Of a DNA stretch of 64,000 bases, positions 56,115 through 64,000 are shown piece after piece. Origin of the DNA: a virus. Lineage: Duplodnaviria; Caudoviricetes. Under the pieces are notes generated by a model that saw nothing but the letters and a program-made list of their open reading frames with translations, was not told the origin of the DNA and did not search any database. The position numbers and the translations under genes were made by a program. The DNA lies in IMG/VR virus record IMGVR_UViG_3300033068_000713, positions 9,507 to 73,506 of that record. One strand, given 5' to 3'. The first letter of the stretch is position 1; each line of letters opens with the position of its first letter.

Positions 56115-57014
56115 ATGAGCCGAACCGCTTACATTTACGGACTGTCTGGACAAGATGGAATCATTCGCTACATCGGTAAAACGATGAACCCTCAGAAACG
56201 CTTTAACGAGCATCGAAGAGGGAGTGAGTCGAGGACGGATCGTAAAGCTAACTGGGTTCGGTCAATGCAGTCAAAGGGCGATACCCTTCAGATACACATC
56301 TTGGAGGAGCATCCTCAAGAGAATGTTCAGGACTGGAGAGATGCCGAGGAGTTTTATATCCGTTACTTTTCCTTCCTTGGAAACAAGCTCACAAACATCT
56401 TCGTTCACAGTCTTTCTGGAATTGAGCCTACGGCAGAAGCAAGAAAGAACCTGAGTCTAGTGCAGCGAATGAGGACAGACCAAACAAAAGCGCAGATTGC
56501 AGAGAAGATTTCAAAATCTCTAAAGGGTCGTCCAATGCCAGAGGAGCAGCGCCAGAGGCTTGCGGAATTCCATAATACTGATGAGTGGAAGGAATTTATG
56601 TCAAAAGTTCACAAAGGGAAAAAACTTTCGGATGAAGAAAAGTTGAAAATTTCTCAGTTTCAAACTGGAAGAAAGCGATCTCAAGAGACTAGAGCAAAGC
56701 AATCCGCCGCCCTAAAAAAGTACAAGAGAACCCCAGAGCATATTGAGAAAATTAGACTCGCTCAGACTGGGGTTCCTAGAGGCCCAATGCCTCAAGCCAC
56801 AATAGATAAAATCAGAGCCGCTCATCTTGGAAAGAAGCGGGGACCAATGACTCCAGAGCAAAAAGCAAAGCTTGCCGCTGGACAACAGGCAGCTCTACTT
56901 TTAAAGCCTCGCCCAAAAACTGGCCCCATGACACCAGCCCAGATCGAGAACCTCACCATGCGCAGAGAGGCTACCAAGATTCTTAAAATCCTCCAATCAC
57001 GTCAACTCATCTAA
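56115..57014 (+). CDS. GIY-YIG homing endonuclease with NUMOD3-like repeats
   Basis: YIYGL...RYIGKT..RF.EH; repeated KIS...KG/EETRAK motifs. Confidence 0.9.
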   Translation: MSRTAYIYGLSGQDGIIRYIGKTMNPQKRFNEHRRGSESRTDRKANWVRSMQSKGDTLQIHILEEHPQENVQDWRDAEEFYIRYFSFLGNKLTNIFVHSLSGIEPTAEARKNLSLVQRMRTDQTKAQIAEKISKSLKGRPMPEEQRQRLAEFHNTDEWKEFMSKVHKGKKLSDEEKLKISQFQTGRKRSQETRAKQSAALKKYKRTPEHIEKIRLAQTGVPRGPMPQATIDKIRAAHLGKKRGPMTPEQKAKLAAGQQAALLLKPRPKTGPMTPAQIENLTMRREATKILKILQSRQLI

Positions 57015-57017
57015 CTT

Positions 57018-57395
57018 ATGGCTATTACACAAGTCGGCCTAGTCGGTCCATTCGGACTCAGCAACAACGAAATCGGGAAGCAGATTCTCCAAATCCTTAT
57101 CGGCTCGTTCGGAACTTCCGGTAGCCTGGATGGTTCTCCTTCCCTCACAGAGGCCTCTCACATGGAGTTCGGTGGAATCAAGAGTATGTATGTTGGAGCG
57201 GGCCAATCCGCCAGCGGAGGTACGGTCTATTGGGCCATACCGCTAGAAGACACCGTTCTCACTACTCTCACCGCAGCTTCGGGCTACACAACGTCAGGAT
57301 TGGCTGGTCCTACACTTCCGGCGGGCATACCTTTAACGGGAAGATATTCTGCGCTCACGGTTAACACGGGCGGAATGCTTGTTTTCCTTATCTAA
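57018..57395 (+). CDS. putative head decoration/virion protein
   Basis: G/S/T-rich, follows capsid block. Confidence 0.6.
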   Translation: MAITQVGLVGPFGLSNNEIGKQILQILIGSFGTSGSLDGSPSLTEASHMEFGGIKSMYVGAGQSASGGTVYWAIPLEDTVLTTLTAASGYTTSGLAGPTLPAGIPLTGRYSALTVNTGGMLVFLI

Positions 57396-57397
57396 TC

Positions 57398-58183
57398 ATG
57401 GCACTTGGACTTGGATTGGGGTTAAGCCGGATTCAGCCGCTTCTTGGGGGTGGCGATCCTCTTGCGGGGATTCCGTTTGCTTTGAGGCTTCAAACTCATA
57501 GGGGCGATAATGTGCCGCTTGGCATGTATCAAGACACGGCCTGTACCGTTCCTGCCGTGACTGATGGCGATGCGGTGGCTGCTTGGCGAGATGAATTGTC
57601 GGGAAGCGGATTTACCGTTACTCAGTCTGATGTTCAAAAACGGCCTCTCCTTATTTTCGATTCGGGCGTTCCTTCTCTCTGGTTTGATGGCGTTGACGAT
57701 TACTTTTTAAACCCTTCATTAGCTTCGTCTGCATTGGAGTTTCAGTTCTTTTCTAAAAACCAATTCGATATTGTAACTGCCGTTCAAACCGCCACATTCT
57801 CAATGGGTGAGGGTATTTTCGGAACGCGTAACACCATAGGCACCGGAAATGTTGACGGGGGCGTCCATAGAAATATTTTAATAGGCGCATCAGGCGGGGC
57901 CTACCTGACCGATGGGACGGCAACCACCAACCCTGAGCAATGGACACTTGCCTCAAGTTCAGGAACAACCACTCTTCGGGTGGGACAAGTTCAAGTTGGA
58001 ACATGGGGAAGCTCCTTCGGAACCCCTTCTCCGCCAGTTGGAACAGCAGTGGGATGCCTTCATGAAAGCGGAGTATTTTTATTTTTCACCAACGGCTACA
58101 TCAAAGCGATTCTATTTCACGCTTCTCCACTATTGGACGATGCGACCCGAGACTTAGTAGAAACCTACGTTCAAGCTCTTTAA
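57398..58183 (+). CDS. virion protein with lectin/LamG-like domain
   Basis: MALGLGLGLS start, DGD.V..W.D.SG, FDGVDD, NG.I...LF. Confidence 0.7.
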   Translation: MALGLGLGLSRIQPLLGGGDPLAGIPFALRLQTHRGDNVPLGMYQDTACTVPAVTDGDAVAAWRDELSGSGFTVTQSDVQKRPLLIFDSGVPSLWFDGVDDYFLNPSLASSALEFQFFSKNQFDIVTAVQTATFSMGEGIFGTRNTIGTGNVDGGVHRNILIGASGGAYLTDGTATTNPEQWTLASSSGTTTLRVGQVQVGTWGSSFGTPSPPVGTAVGCLHESGVFLFFTNGYIKAILFHASPLLDDATRDLVETYVQAL

Positions 58184-58186
58184 TAT

Positions 58187-58474
58187 ATGCCATCACGCTA
58201 CCTCATCATCTGTCCTCTTGCCGATCAAGCGGGAGTTGAAACCGACACGGGCTTCCACACCGATACTCCGCTCTACACGACCTCCGATCCAACGCCGAGG
58301 ACTCAAACCCACGGATGGACTTCTACGGCCTACACGCCGACTCAGGACGCCGCTGTTCAAGCTGCTGCGCCGAATTACCCGAATAGCGTCTTCGAGAAGT
58401 ACAACGTTCCGCAACAAGCCACCTATCCGCAAACCCGTCTCGGCCAGCTTGGCTTAACTACATCGGCAACATGA
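58187..58474 (+). CDS. hypothetical protein
   Basis: 95-aa ORF. Confidence 0.6.
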   Translation: MPSRYLIICPLADQAGVETDTGFHTDTPLYTTSDPTPRTQTHGWTSTAYTPTQDAAVQAAAPNYPNSVFEKYNVPQQATYPQTRLGQLGLTTSAT

Positions 58475-58632
58475 AGCCCTTCTTTTTCATTCTTGCATTA
58501 GCCTGTCTAATGCTTCCATCCTGCGAATCCCTCAAAAGCCGATTCACGCCTTCTGCTGCTCCTGTAGAGGGAAATGACGGCTTCGATCAAGCGGCTGTCG
58601 ATTTGTTTAATCCAAAGCTCACTGCGCAATAA
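58471..58632 (+). CDS. small lipoprotein (o-spanin candidate)
   Basis: 53 aa, my translation MKPFFFILALACLMLPSC, lipobox. Confidence 0.65.
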   Translation: MKPFFFILALACLMLPSCESLKSRFTPSAAPVEGNDGFDQAAVDLFNPKLTAQ

Positions 58633-58909
58633 TGATTCGCCTTCTCCCTGTTCTCTTCCTCTGCTCCTGCACCCTCTACCACGAGGACGACGAAAGAATG
58701 TAGGCTTGGTGGCGAAGAATGAGAAGTCGTTCGACCGTTTTGTTTCTGGTGTAGAGACGGTTGCCACAACTGGGTTTGCCTACAAATCCTACAAGGCGAA
58801 TCAAGCCGCTGCGGTCGAGAAAGCTGGCATTGAGGCCAAGACGGCTGTAACGTCTCAAGCGATAGATAAAGGGGCAGAAGTCCTTCCAGTTTCGATCAGT
58901 TCTCCCTAA
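58632..58909 (+). pseudogene. frameshifted lipoprotein gene
   Basis: Signal peptide MIRLLPVLFLCSC stops at TAG 58701-58703; the protein-like body continues in the -1 frame to 58909. Confidence 0.5.
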
Positions 58910-59484
58910 TGGCGTCGCAGAATCCAGATCAAGTCAGCACTACATGGAAATCCCATGTGGATGATAAACTTGCCAATCTGTCTGCTCAGTCTGAGGCTCA
59001 AGCTCAAACCCTGTCCGCCATCTCCACAAAGCTGGACGATTGGATGAAGACCCAGGGGAAAACAAATTGGCCCCTCATTTTAACCGCCATCGGTGCGCTT
59101 GGAGGTGTTGTATGGGGTATCTTTTACGCCCTTTCCGGGAGCCAAGAGATCGCGAGGTTGCAGAGCCAGATTGTTCTAATGGAACGAGTTCAGCCAGTTC
59201 TCTTATCCGCTGAAAATTCTAAAACAGACCGGGATGCGCTTAATCATCGGGTTGACTCCAATTCAGACCTAATCGGAGCTTTGACTGGAAAGGTCGATTC
59301 ATCCGAAGCTGCGCTAAAAGAAAGGCTCCGGGAGGTTGAAACCCAGTTCGACAAAGCAGGGGTCATTATGAACATGAAGTCGGCTGAGACGCAGCGAATG
59401 CTTGGGCTTTTATGGAAGAAGGTGTACGGCGAAGACATCCCCGACATTGAGTACTTCCCGCAGTTTCACCGTTACGACAGGTAG
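58909..59484 (+). CDS. single-TM coiled-coil protein (i-spanin/holin-associated candidate)
   Basis: one TM helix flanked by coiled coils. Confidence 0.65.
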   Translation: MASQNPDQVSTTWKSHVDDKLANLSAQSEAQAQTLSAISTKLDDWMKTQGKTNWPLILTAIGALGGVVWGIFYALSGSQEIARLQSQIVLMERVQPVLLSAENSKTDRDALNHRVDSNSDLIGALTGKVDSSEAALKERLREVETQFDKAGVIMNMKSAETQRMLGLLWKKVYGEDIPDIEYFPQFHRYDR

Positions 59485-59540
59485 ACCCCTATGAGCAACT
59501 CAGGACTCAAAACTCCCACGTAGGACGAATTAATGGAACC

Positions 59541-60080
59541 ATGTCCTTTACCCTTCCAGCAGCCATCGGTCTCCGTCGTCCAGCTACGGAGAGAATCGTC
59601 AAAGTACAATCTTCAGTCATCCCTCTGCGATCCAAACGTATGACCTCTGCCCTTCTTTTAAGCGGTTGCGCCGTCACCGGAGCGTACGTTATAGCTTGGT
59701 TAAGCAGCCAGCAGGTTGAGGCGCTCGCATGGGCAGCCTGGCCCTGCATTGGCGCGATCTTGAGTAGTGTGGTGGCGATCCTTGCCCCTCGAAAAAAAGA
59801 GATCGGATGGACAACCCTAAGTCGCTTCTTGGCGGCTATTGTTGTCGGGATGGTACTCCCTAGGGTATTTGCATTCTTTCACCCTGTCTTGAAAGAATTC
59901 CTAGCGGACCCTGTTTTAGGTATTGGAGGGGGATTTATCGCGGGACTATTGGGGTTCACAAGTATTGTTGTTTTTATAGAAAAGCTCTACCTTCAAGCGC
60001 CGTCTATTTCCGATCAAGCCATCCGCCAAGGGAAAGAAGTTTTGATAGCTAAACGATCCGACAAGCAACGCCATGAATGA
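59541..60080 (+). CDS. multi-TM membrane protein (holin candidate)
   Basis: about four hydrophobic helices. Confidence 0.65.
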   Translation: MSFTLPAAIGLRRPATERIVKVQSSVIPLRSKRMTSALLLSGCAVTGAYVIAWLSSQQVEALAWAAWPCIGAILSSVVAILAPRKKEIGWTTLSRFLAAIVVGMVLPRVFAFFHPVLKEFLADPVLGIGGGFIAGLLGFTSIVVFIEKLYLQAPSISDQAIRQGKEVLIAKRSDKQRHE

Positions 60081-60477
60081 CGACCTACGAACCAAGTTGA
60101 TTCAATTCTTCTACAGCACTTGGGGTACGATTGTGACCCCTGTTATCGTTGTTGCCATCACGAGCCTCTTTGGCTTCCTTACGGCAACAGTCGGGGTGGA
60201 CATTCCGCCGGATCAGGTGAAGAACAACATCACTTCGGTCAGCAATCTCACGAGCGACCTGCTGCAAGCCCTTGTAGCGGTTCTGTTTCTGAAGTACGTG
60301 CGAAACACCGGGCTTACGGTTCAGAAGGCTTCAGGAGTCCCGAAAGAGGATCAGGACGGGTGGATAGGCGAAGAGACGATTGCGAAGGTTGCCGAGAACC
60401 GGACATTCGTTCCCAGGGCCCCTGTTGAAGTGAAGACTTCACGGAAGAAAATGAATCAGACCGACAGCCCTGTATGA
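60073..60477 (+). CDS. two-TM membrane protein with DG.IG.ET motif
   Basis: 2 TM helices then EDQDGWIGEETIAK. Confidence 0.65.
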   Translation: MNDDLRTKLIQFFYSTWGTIVTPVIVVAITSLFGFLTATVGVDIPPDQVKNNITSVSNLTSDLLQALVAVLFLKYVRNTGLTVQKASGVPKEDQDGWIGEETIAKVAENRTFVPRAPVEVKTSRKKMNQTDSPV

Positions 60478-60887
60478 AAACTAAAGCCTCATCCTTCGCC
60501 GACCCCGCTGATGTGCGGGCATTCAAGAAGTGGAAACAAATTTACCTGGATCAGGGGAAGACTGACGCTCAAGCCGAGAAGTTGGCGTTTGCCAAAGGTG
60601 ATAATGGAGTCGGATGTTTTGGAGATTTTACCGCCCAAGACAAAATTCCCATGTGCGCGTTGCCACCCGATGACATGATCGACAAGTGGGGCTCCGTTGC
60701 GAAAGCTAAACACAAAGGAGTTTCTGTATCCGCCAACGGAAAGCAAGTCATCTGCCAGCTTGCGGATCGAATGCCATGGAAGAAGAATATCAAGAACGGC
60801 GCGGGAATTGATTTGAATCCTGCCGCCGCCAAAGCGTTGGGCCTAACTCCACCCTTTATGGTTCCCGCAACTTGGACTTGGGCATGA
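60474..60887 (+). CDS. RlpA-like double-psi beta-barrel protein (endolysin candidate)
   Basis: CALP, V..NGK.V.C..ADR.P, IDLNPAAAKALG. Confidence 0.7.
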   Translation: MKTKASSFADPADVRAFKKWKQIYLDQGKTDAQAEKLAFAKGDNGVGCFGDFTAQDKIPMCALPPDDMIDKWGSVAKAKHKGVSVSANGKQVICQLADRMPWKKNIKNGAGIDLNPAAAKALGLTPPFMVPATWTWA

Positions 60888-61618
60888 AAGCACTTATTTT
60901 ATTTTTGGCATTAGCGGTATCGTTATCCGCTCAAGAAATCAAGCCCCCCTGTGTAGCCATCGACGCTGACCTGTTGCAGCCAAAGTCTCCGTTTGGGGCT
61001 TTGCGAATCTGGGGAAAGCCGAGTAAAAAATGGCCTAGAAATGCTACGCTTCGGGTGAAGTTTCTCGGAGGAAGTTCGACCCTTCAGAAGAAGGTCTGGA
61101 AACAGATTAAGGATTTCGACGATCTGTGCGGTCTCACGTTTGTTCCCTCTGAGGACGCTGAGGCGGAAATCCGAATCGACTTCAAGAACACGGGAAATTG
61201 GTCTTACATTGGTAAAGACTGCTTAACGGTTCTACCCAACCGCCAAACAATGAACCTCCAAATCACCGCTTGGGAGTTCGAATCAGAGATTAGGCGGCTA
61301 TGCCATCACGAGCTAGGGCACGCTGTCGCGCTAGGGCATGAGTTGCAGTCACCAAGGTCCACTATAAAGTGGAACGTCCCCGTGGTTCTAGAAGCCTACC
61401 GTAAAAGCCAAGGTTGGTCCGCTGCTCAAACAAGGCGTCAGGTCATTGATCGAGAAGACGATGACGATTTTGACGGAACCAACTTCAAGCCAGATTCTTT
61501 GATGTGCTATTCCATAGAGTCTCGGTACACCCTGAATGGGGTCAAGACGCCATGGAACACGAAGCTATCCAAGGACGACATTCTCTTCATTCAGAAATGG
61601 TATCCCTTGAAGCCTTGA
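60884..61618 (+). CDS. secreted astacin-like (M12A) zinc metallopeptidase
   Basis: signal peptide; A.IRIDF...G.WSYIG, HELGHAVALGHE, DSLMCY Met-turn. Confidence 0.85.
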   Translation: MKALILFLALAVSLSAQEIKPPCVAIDADLLQPKSPFGALRIWGKPSKKWPRNATLRVKFLGGSSTLQKKVWKQIKDFDDLCGLTFVPSEDAEAEIRIDFKNTGNWSYIGKDCLTVLPNRQTMNLQITAWEFESEIRRLCHHELGHAVALGHELQSPRSTIKWNVPVVLEAYRKSQGWSAAQTRRQVIDREDDDDFDGTNFKPDSLMCYSIESRYTLNGVKTPWNTKLSKDDILFIQKWYPLKP

Positions 61619-62282
61619 GCCCACCCTTCTTCCGCTTGGGAGTCGAAAGAGCTTCAATTTCGGAAAGTCCCATCTTCATTCTGTAATAAAATGTCTTCTT
61701 AGATATTCCGTAAAACTTGAGCCATTCAATAAGGTTTTTAGTTGTCCCATCAATAGTAATTCTCCTGTTCATTCTCCGATTGTTATTTTGCTCTGTGCGG
61801 GTAGCCCAACGACAGTTGTCCTTCGAGTAAGGAGCGTCATTGTCGATGCGTTCGATGAATAAGTCGTCGGCATAGCCCTCCTTCATATCCTCCCAGAAGC
61901 CTTCAAATGTCGCCCATTTTTCTGGCGACGTGATTCCCCTTCCTCCGTAATTTTTGAATCCGGGAAGGTTCGGATTTTTGCACCTTTGAAGAAGGTTGTA
62001 CCATGTTTTATATGGCCTTGCGCCCCTCATTCCGTGAGATGTTGCTTTCTCTCTTGAGACAATGGCGCGGCGACATCCACATGATTTTGTTCTCCCTAAT
62101 CGGTACTGTTGGATGTAAAGCATAACGCCGCACACACATCGACATAGCCAGTACCCGGCCCACCTCCTATCTCTTCCAGCGAAAGAGATTACCGTTAATT
62201 GTTCAAAGGTCTTCCCGGAGCAGTCATTAACTGGGAATTGACAGCGGCTCGGGGGCGTGGATATTTTATCAGCATTCTTCAT
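61587..62282 (-). CDS. HNH homing endonuclease (paralog of 37332-38009)
   Basis: CRCVCG, TKSCGC, NYGGRGI, IERIDND..YSKDNCRWAT. Confidence 0.9.
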   Translation of the reverse strand: MKNADKISTPPSRCQFPVNDCSGKTFEQLTVISFAGRDRRWAGYWLCRCVCGVMLYIQQYRLGRTKSCGCRRAIVSREKATSHGMRGARPYKTWYNLLQRCKNPNLPGFKNYGGRGITSPEKWATFEGFWEDMKEGYADDLFIERIDNDAPYSKDNCRWATRTEQNNNRRMNRRITIDGTTKNLIEWLKFYGISKKTFYYRMKMGLSEIEALSTPKRKKGGLKASRDTISE

Positions 62283-62330
62283 GGCACAATCATGTTGGGT
62301 GTTAGATGTCCACTGGCCCTCAGAAAGCCG

Positions 62331-62359
62331 TGGACATCGCTATGATAGGGCGGTAGAAT
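62331..62359 (+). promoter_or_regulatory. sigma70-type promoter of tail genes
   Basis: TGGACA-N17-TAGAAT. Confidence 0.6.
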
Positions 62360-62380
62360 CGTAGATTCAAGAGATTTGTC

Positions 62381-63148
62381 ATGTCGATTCCCTCGCATCA
62401 ACCTTTGACGACGCCAAGCCCGACCGAATTCGCGTTGGCTGTGACTGTCGAAAGGAAAGTGGTGATAGATAACCCCGAGTGCTTACCTAAGCCTGGAGAC
62501 TATTACAGAGATTGCGGAAAGGGGTTATTTGGGAAAGACTTGAATCTCAAGTGGGGGAATTGGCGTTATGTAACCACTCGCGGGCTAGATGAGCAGGGAA
62601 ACATCGTCCTGTTATTCGCTAAGGGTCGAACTCAGGAGGAGCGAAATACCCCATTCAGAACAACTACTGAGCATGGCAATCATCCGTGGCCTCTTGTGCT
62701 TTACGGAATTTCTATATTTCAAGACCGATCCTTTCCTCAGTCAAATGGAGAAAAGAAGGCACCTAGAAATTATGCTCGATACCGTTATTTGCCAGCTCAG
62801 TCGGAAGGCTCTCGTTTCGTAAAAGATGAGTTTTTGTCTGAGGTTCCGTTTAATATTCCTCGATACACGGTTCCTATTACCGGAAGCGTTCAAGCAGATT
62901 ACCTTGGGCTGAACTTTTCATTTGGAGACTGTCTGCACCCGACAATAAAACTTCCATCAGTTAGGTCCGTTTTAGTGGATACGGAGGGGGAATCTGGAGT
63001 CCTTCCTGGTCAAGTGTTTCCCGCTACCAACGTAGACTCATGGGTTCCTTACGTACTTTCAGATCGTCAAGAATTGACCAATGGTGTTTATTATCGAGTC
63101 CGAACCCGTGTATTTCCGCCGCTTGAGGGGGAAGAAGTGAACGCTTAA
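62381..63148 (+). CDS. putative tail/virion protein
   Basis: 255-aa beta-rich ORF in tail block. Confidence 0.65.
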   Translation: MSIPSHQPLTTPSPTEFALAVTVERKVVIDNPECLPKPGDYYRDCGKGLFGKDLNLKWGNWRYVTTRGLDEQGNIVLLFAKGRTQEERNTPFRTTTEHGNHPWPLVLYGISIFQDRSFPQSNGEKKAPRNYARYRYLPAQSEGSRFVKDEFLSEVPFNIPRYTVPITGSVQADYLGLNFSFGDCLHPTIKLPSVRSVLVDTEGESGVLPGQVFPATNVDSWVPYVLSDRQELTNGVYYRVRTRVFPPLEGEEVNA

Positions 63149-63160
63149 CAAATAAGCCTT

Positions 63161-63682
63161 ATGCCAGCCAACAATCTCCCCAGCCCTATGTACCTCCTTC
63201 TGCGAGGAGGCGTTGTTGCAACCATTCTAAACGCGGACGGGTATGATGACGTAGACATTGAAATGTATGACTCGGAATATTTCCGAGACACCCTTGATGC
63301 GGGCTTCCTTGGTCGATCTGTAACATTCCAACCTCAAGACAGTCAAATATCTGTAACGGGTTCTGGACAAGGTCCATACACTATTACAAATGAGGGTCTT
63401 GGAGACTTTAATGGCGTCATCTTTCAAGGGTCAGGGACTCCTGCCGTTCCGCCCGATCCCGCGATTGTTCCGACAACGGCAATCTACGGGTACGTTCAGA
63501 CTCCTAATGTTTTAGACCCATTTGCGGAGGAAGATGACTCGTACAACCATGTTGATCCCCGTCCCTTAAAGAAGACCAGAACTATGCGCATATGGAAAGA
63601 TAGCGACGCCAAAGAAGTTGGCCACGTATGGCTCGATAGGCTTATTTCGACATCCGCGACAATCCCAACCTATCCGGTTTAA
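63161..63682 (+). CDS. putative tail/virion protein
   Basis: 173-aa ORF. Confidence 0.6.
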   Translation: MPANNLPSPMYLLLRGGVVATILNADGYDDVDIEMYDSEYFRDTLDAGFLGRSVTFQPQDSQISVTGSGQGPYTITNEGLGDFNGVIFQGSGTPAVPPDPAIVPTTAIYGYVQTPNVLDPFAEEDDSYNHVDPRPLKKTRTMRIWKDSDAKEVGHVWLDRLISTSATIPTYPV

Positions 63683-64000
63683 TGGCGTTCGGTCAAATAT
63701 CTGACTCCAGTCCGACTTCCGGCGTTGTCGCTGGCCCTCGGATGATCGCGCAGTCTGATGGAACTAGGGTGGTCATTTCTCCAAAACCATCCCCCATCTT
63801 CCAAAGGCGGGATGAGGCGGGCTCCCCTGGGCTTCCCGGCTCAAACGGCTCCCCTGGTTCTGATGGAACTCCAGGACTTCCAGGCGATCCCGGTCCAACA
63901 GGTCCAACTGGAAGTCCTGGTCCTCCTGGTCCTGGAGGCGGTCCCCCTGGACCTCCTGGTTCACCCGGACCTACTGGACCAACGGGTTCTCCAGGTACTT
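63682..64000 (+). CDS. collagen-like tail fibre protein, partial
   Basis: ATG 63682 overlaps upstream TAA; Gly-X-Y repeats from 63820 to window end. Confidence 0.85.
   Translation, partial: MAFGQISDSSPTSGVVAGPRMIAQSDGTRVVISPKPSPIFQRRDEAGSPGLPGSNGSPGSDGTPGLPGDPGPTGPTGSPGPPGPGGGPPGPPGSPGPTGPTGSPGT

Noticed and set aside
56000-57018. Group I intron interrupting the capsid gene
   Set aside because: Capsid ORF ends with a stop and terminator, and no downstream exon or intron core is evident; the endonuclease appears free-standing
1-64000. Integrase, attP, reverse transcriptase/DGR, DNA polymerase, RNA polymerase
   Set aside because: No supporting motifs in any ORF in this window; they may lie outside it

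Overview
64 kb internal segment of a tailed dsDNA bacteriophage genome. It is probably podovirus-like, uses the standard genetic code, and shows no integrase, CRISPR array or DNA polymerase in the window. Both ends fall inside virion genes. The host is not identifiable; scarce Shine-Dalgarno motifs plus lipoprotein and GT9-like genes fit a diderm host such as PVC or Bacteroidota (inference). Layout: internal virion genes (1-6 kb, minus); small divergent early genes with leaderless sigma70-type promoters (6-21 kb); replication genes (clamp, resolvase, initiator-like, primase-helicase, SSB, RecT-like and exonuclease VIII-like); a fibre cassette; two arrays of structured non-coding RNAs (27.7-28.4 kb and 44.7-45.2 kb); a glycosyltransferase/methyltransferase island (31.7-41 kb); scattered packaging and head genes; a non-canonical lysis block; HNH and GIY-YIG endonucleases; and tail genes ending in a collagen-like fibre. 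The most novel-looking features are a family of tRNA-elbow-like RNAs whose anticodon arm is replaced by a large domain, a CCA-ended tRNA with a closed anticodon loop, a variant hammerhead-like ribozyme predicted to cut inside a stop codon, and the glycan-synthesis island. All protein family calls come from motif recognition by eye, not database searches.
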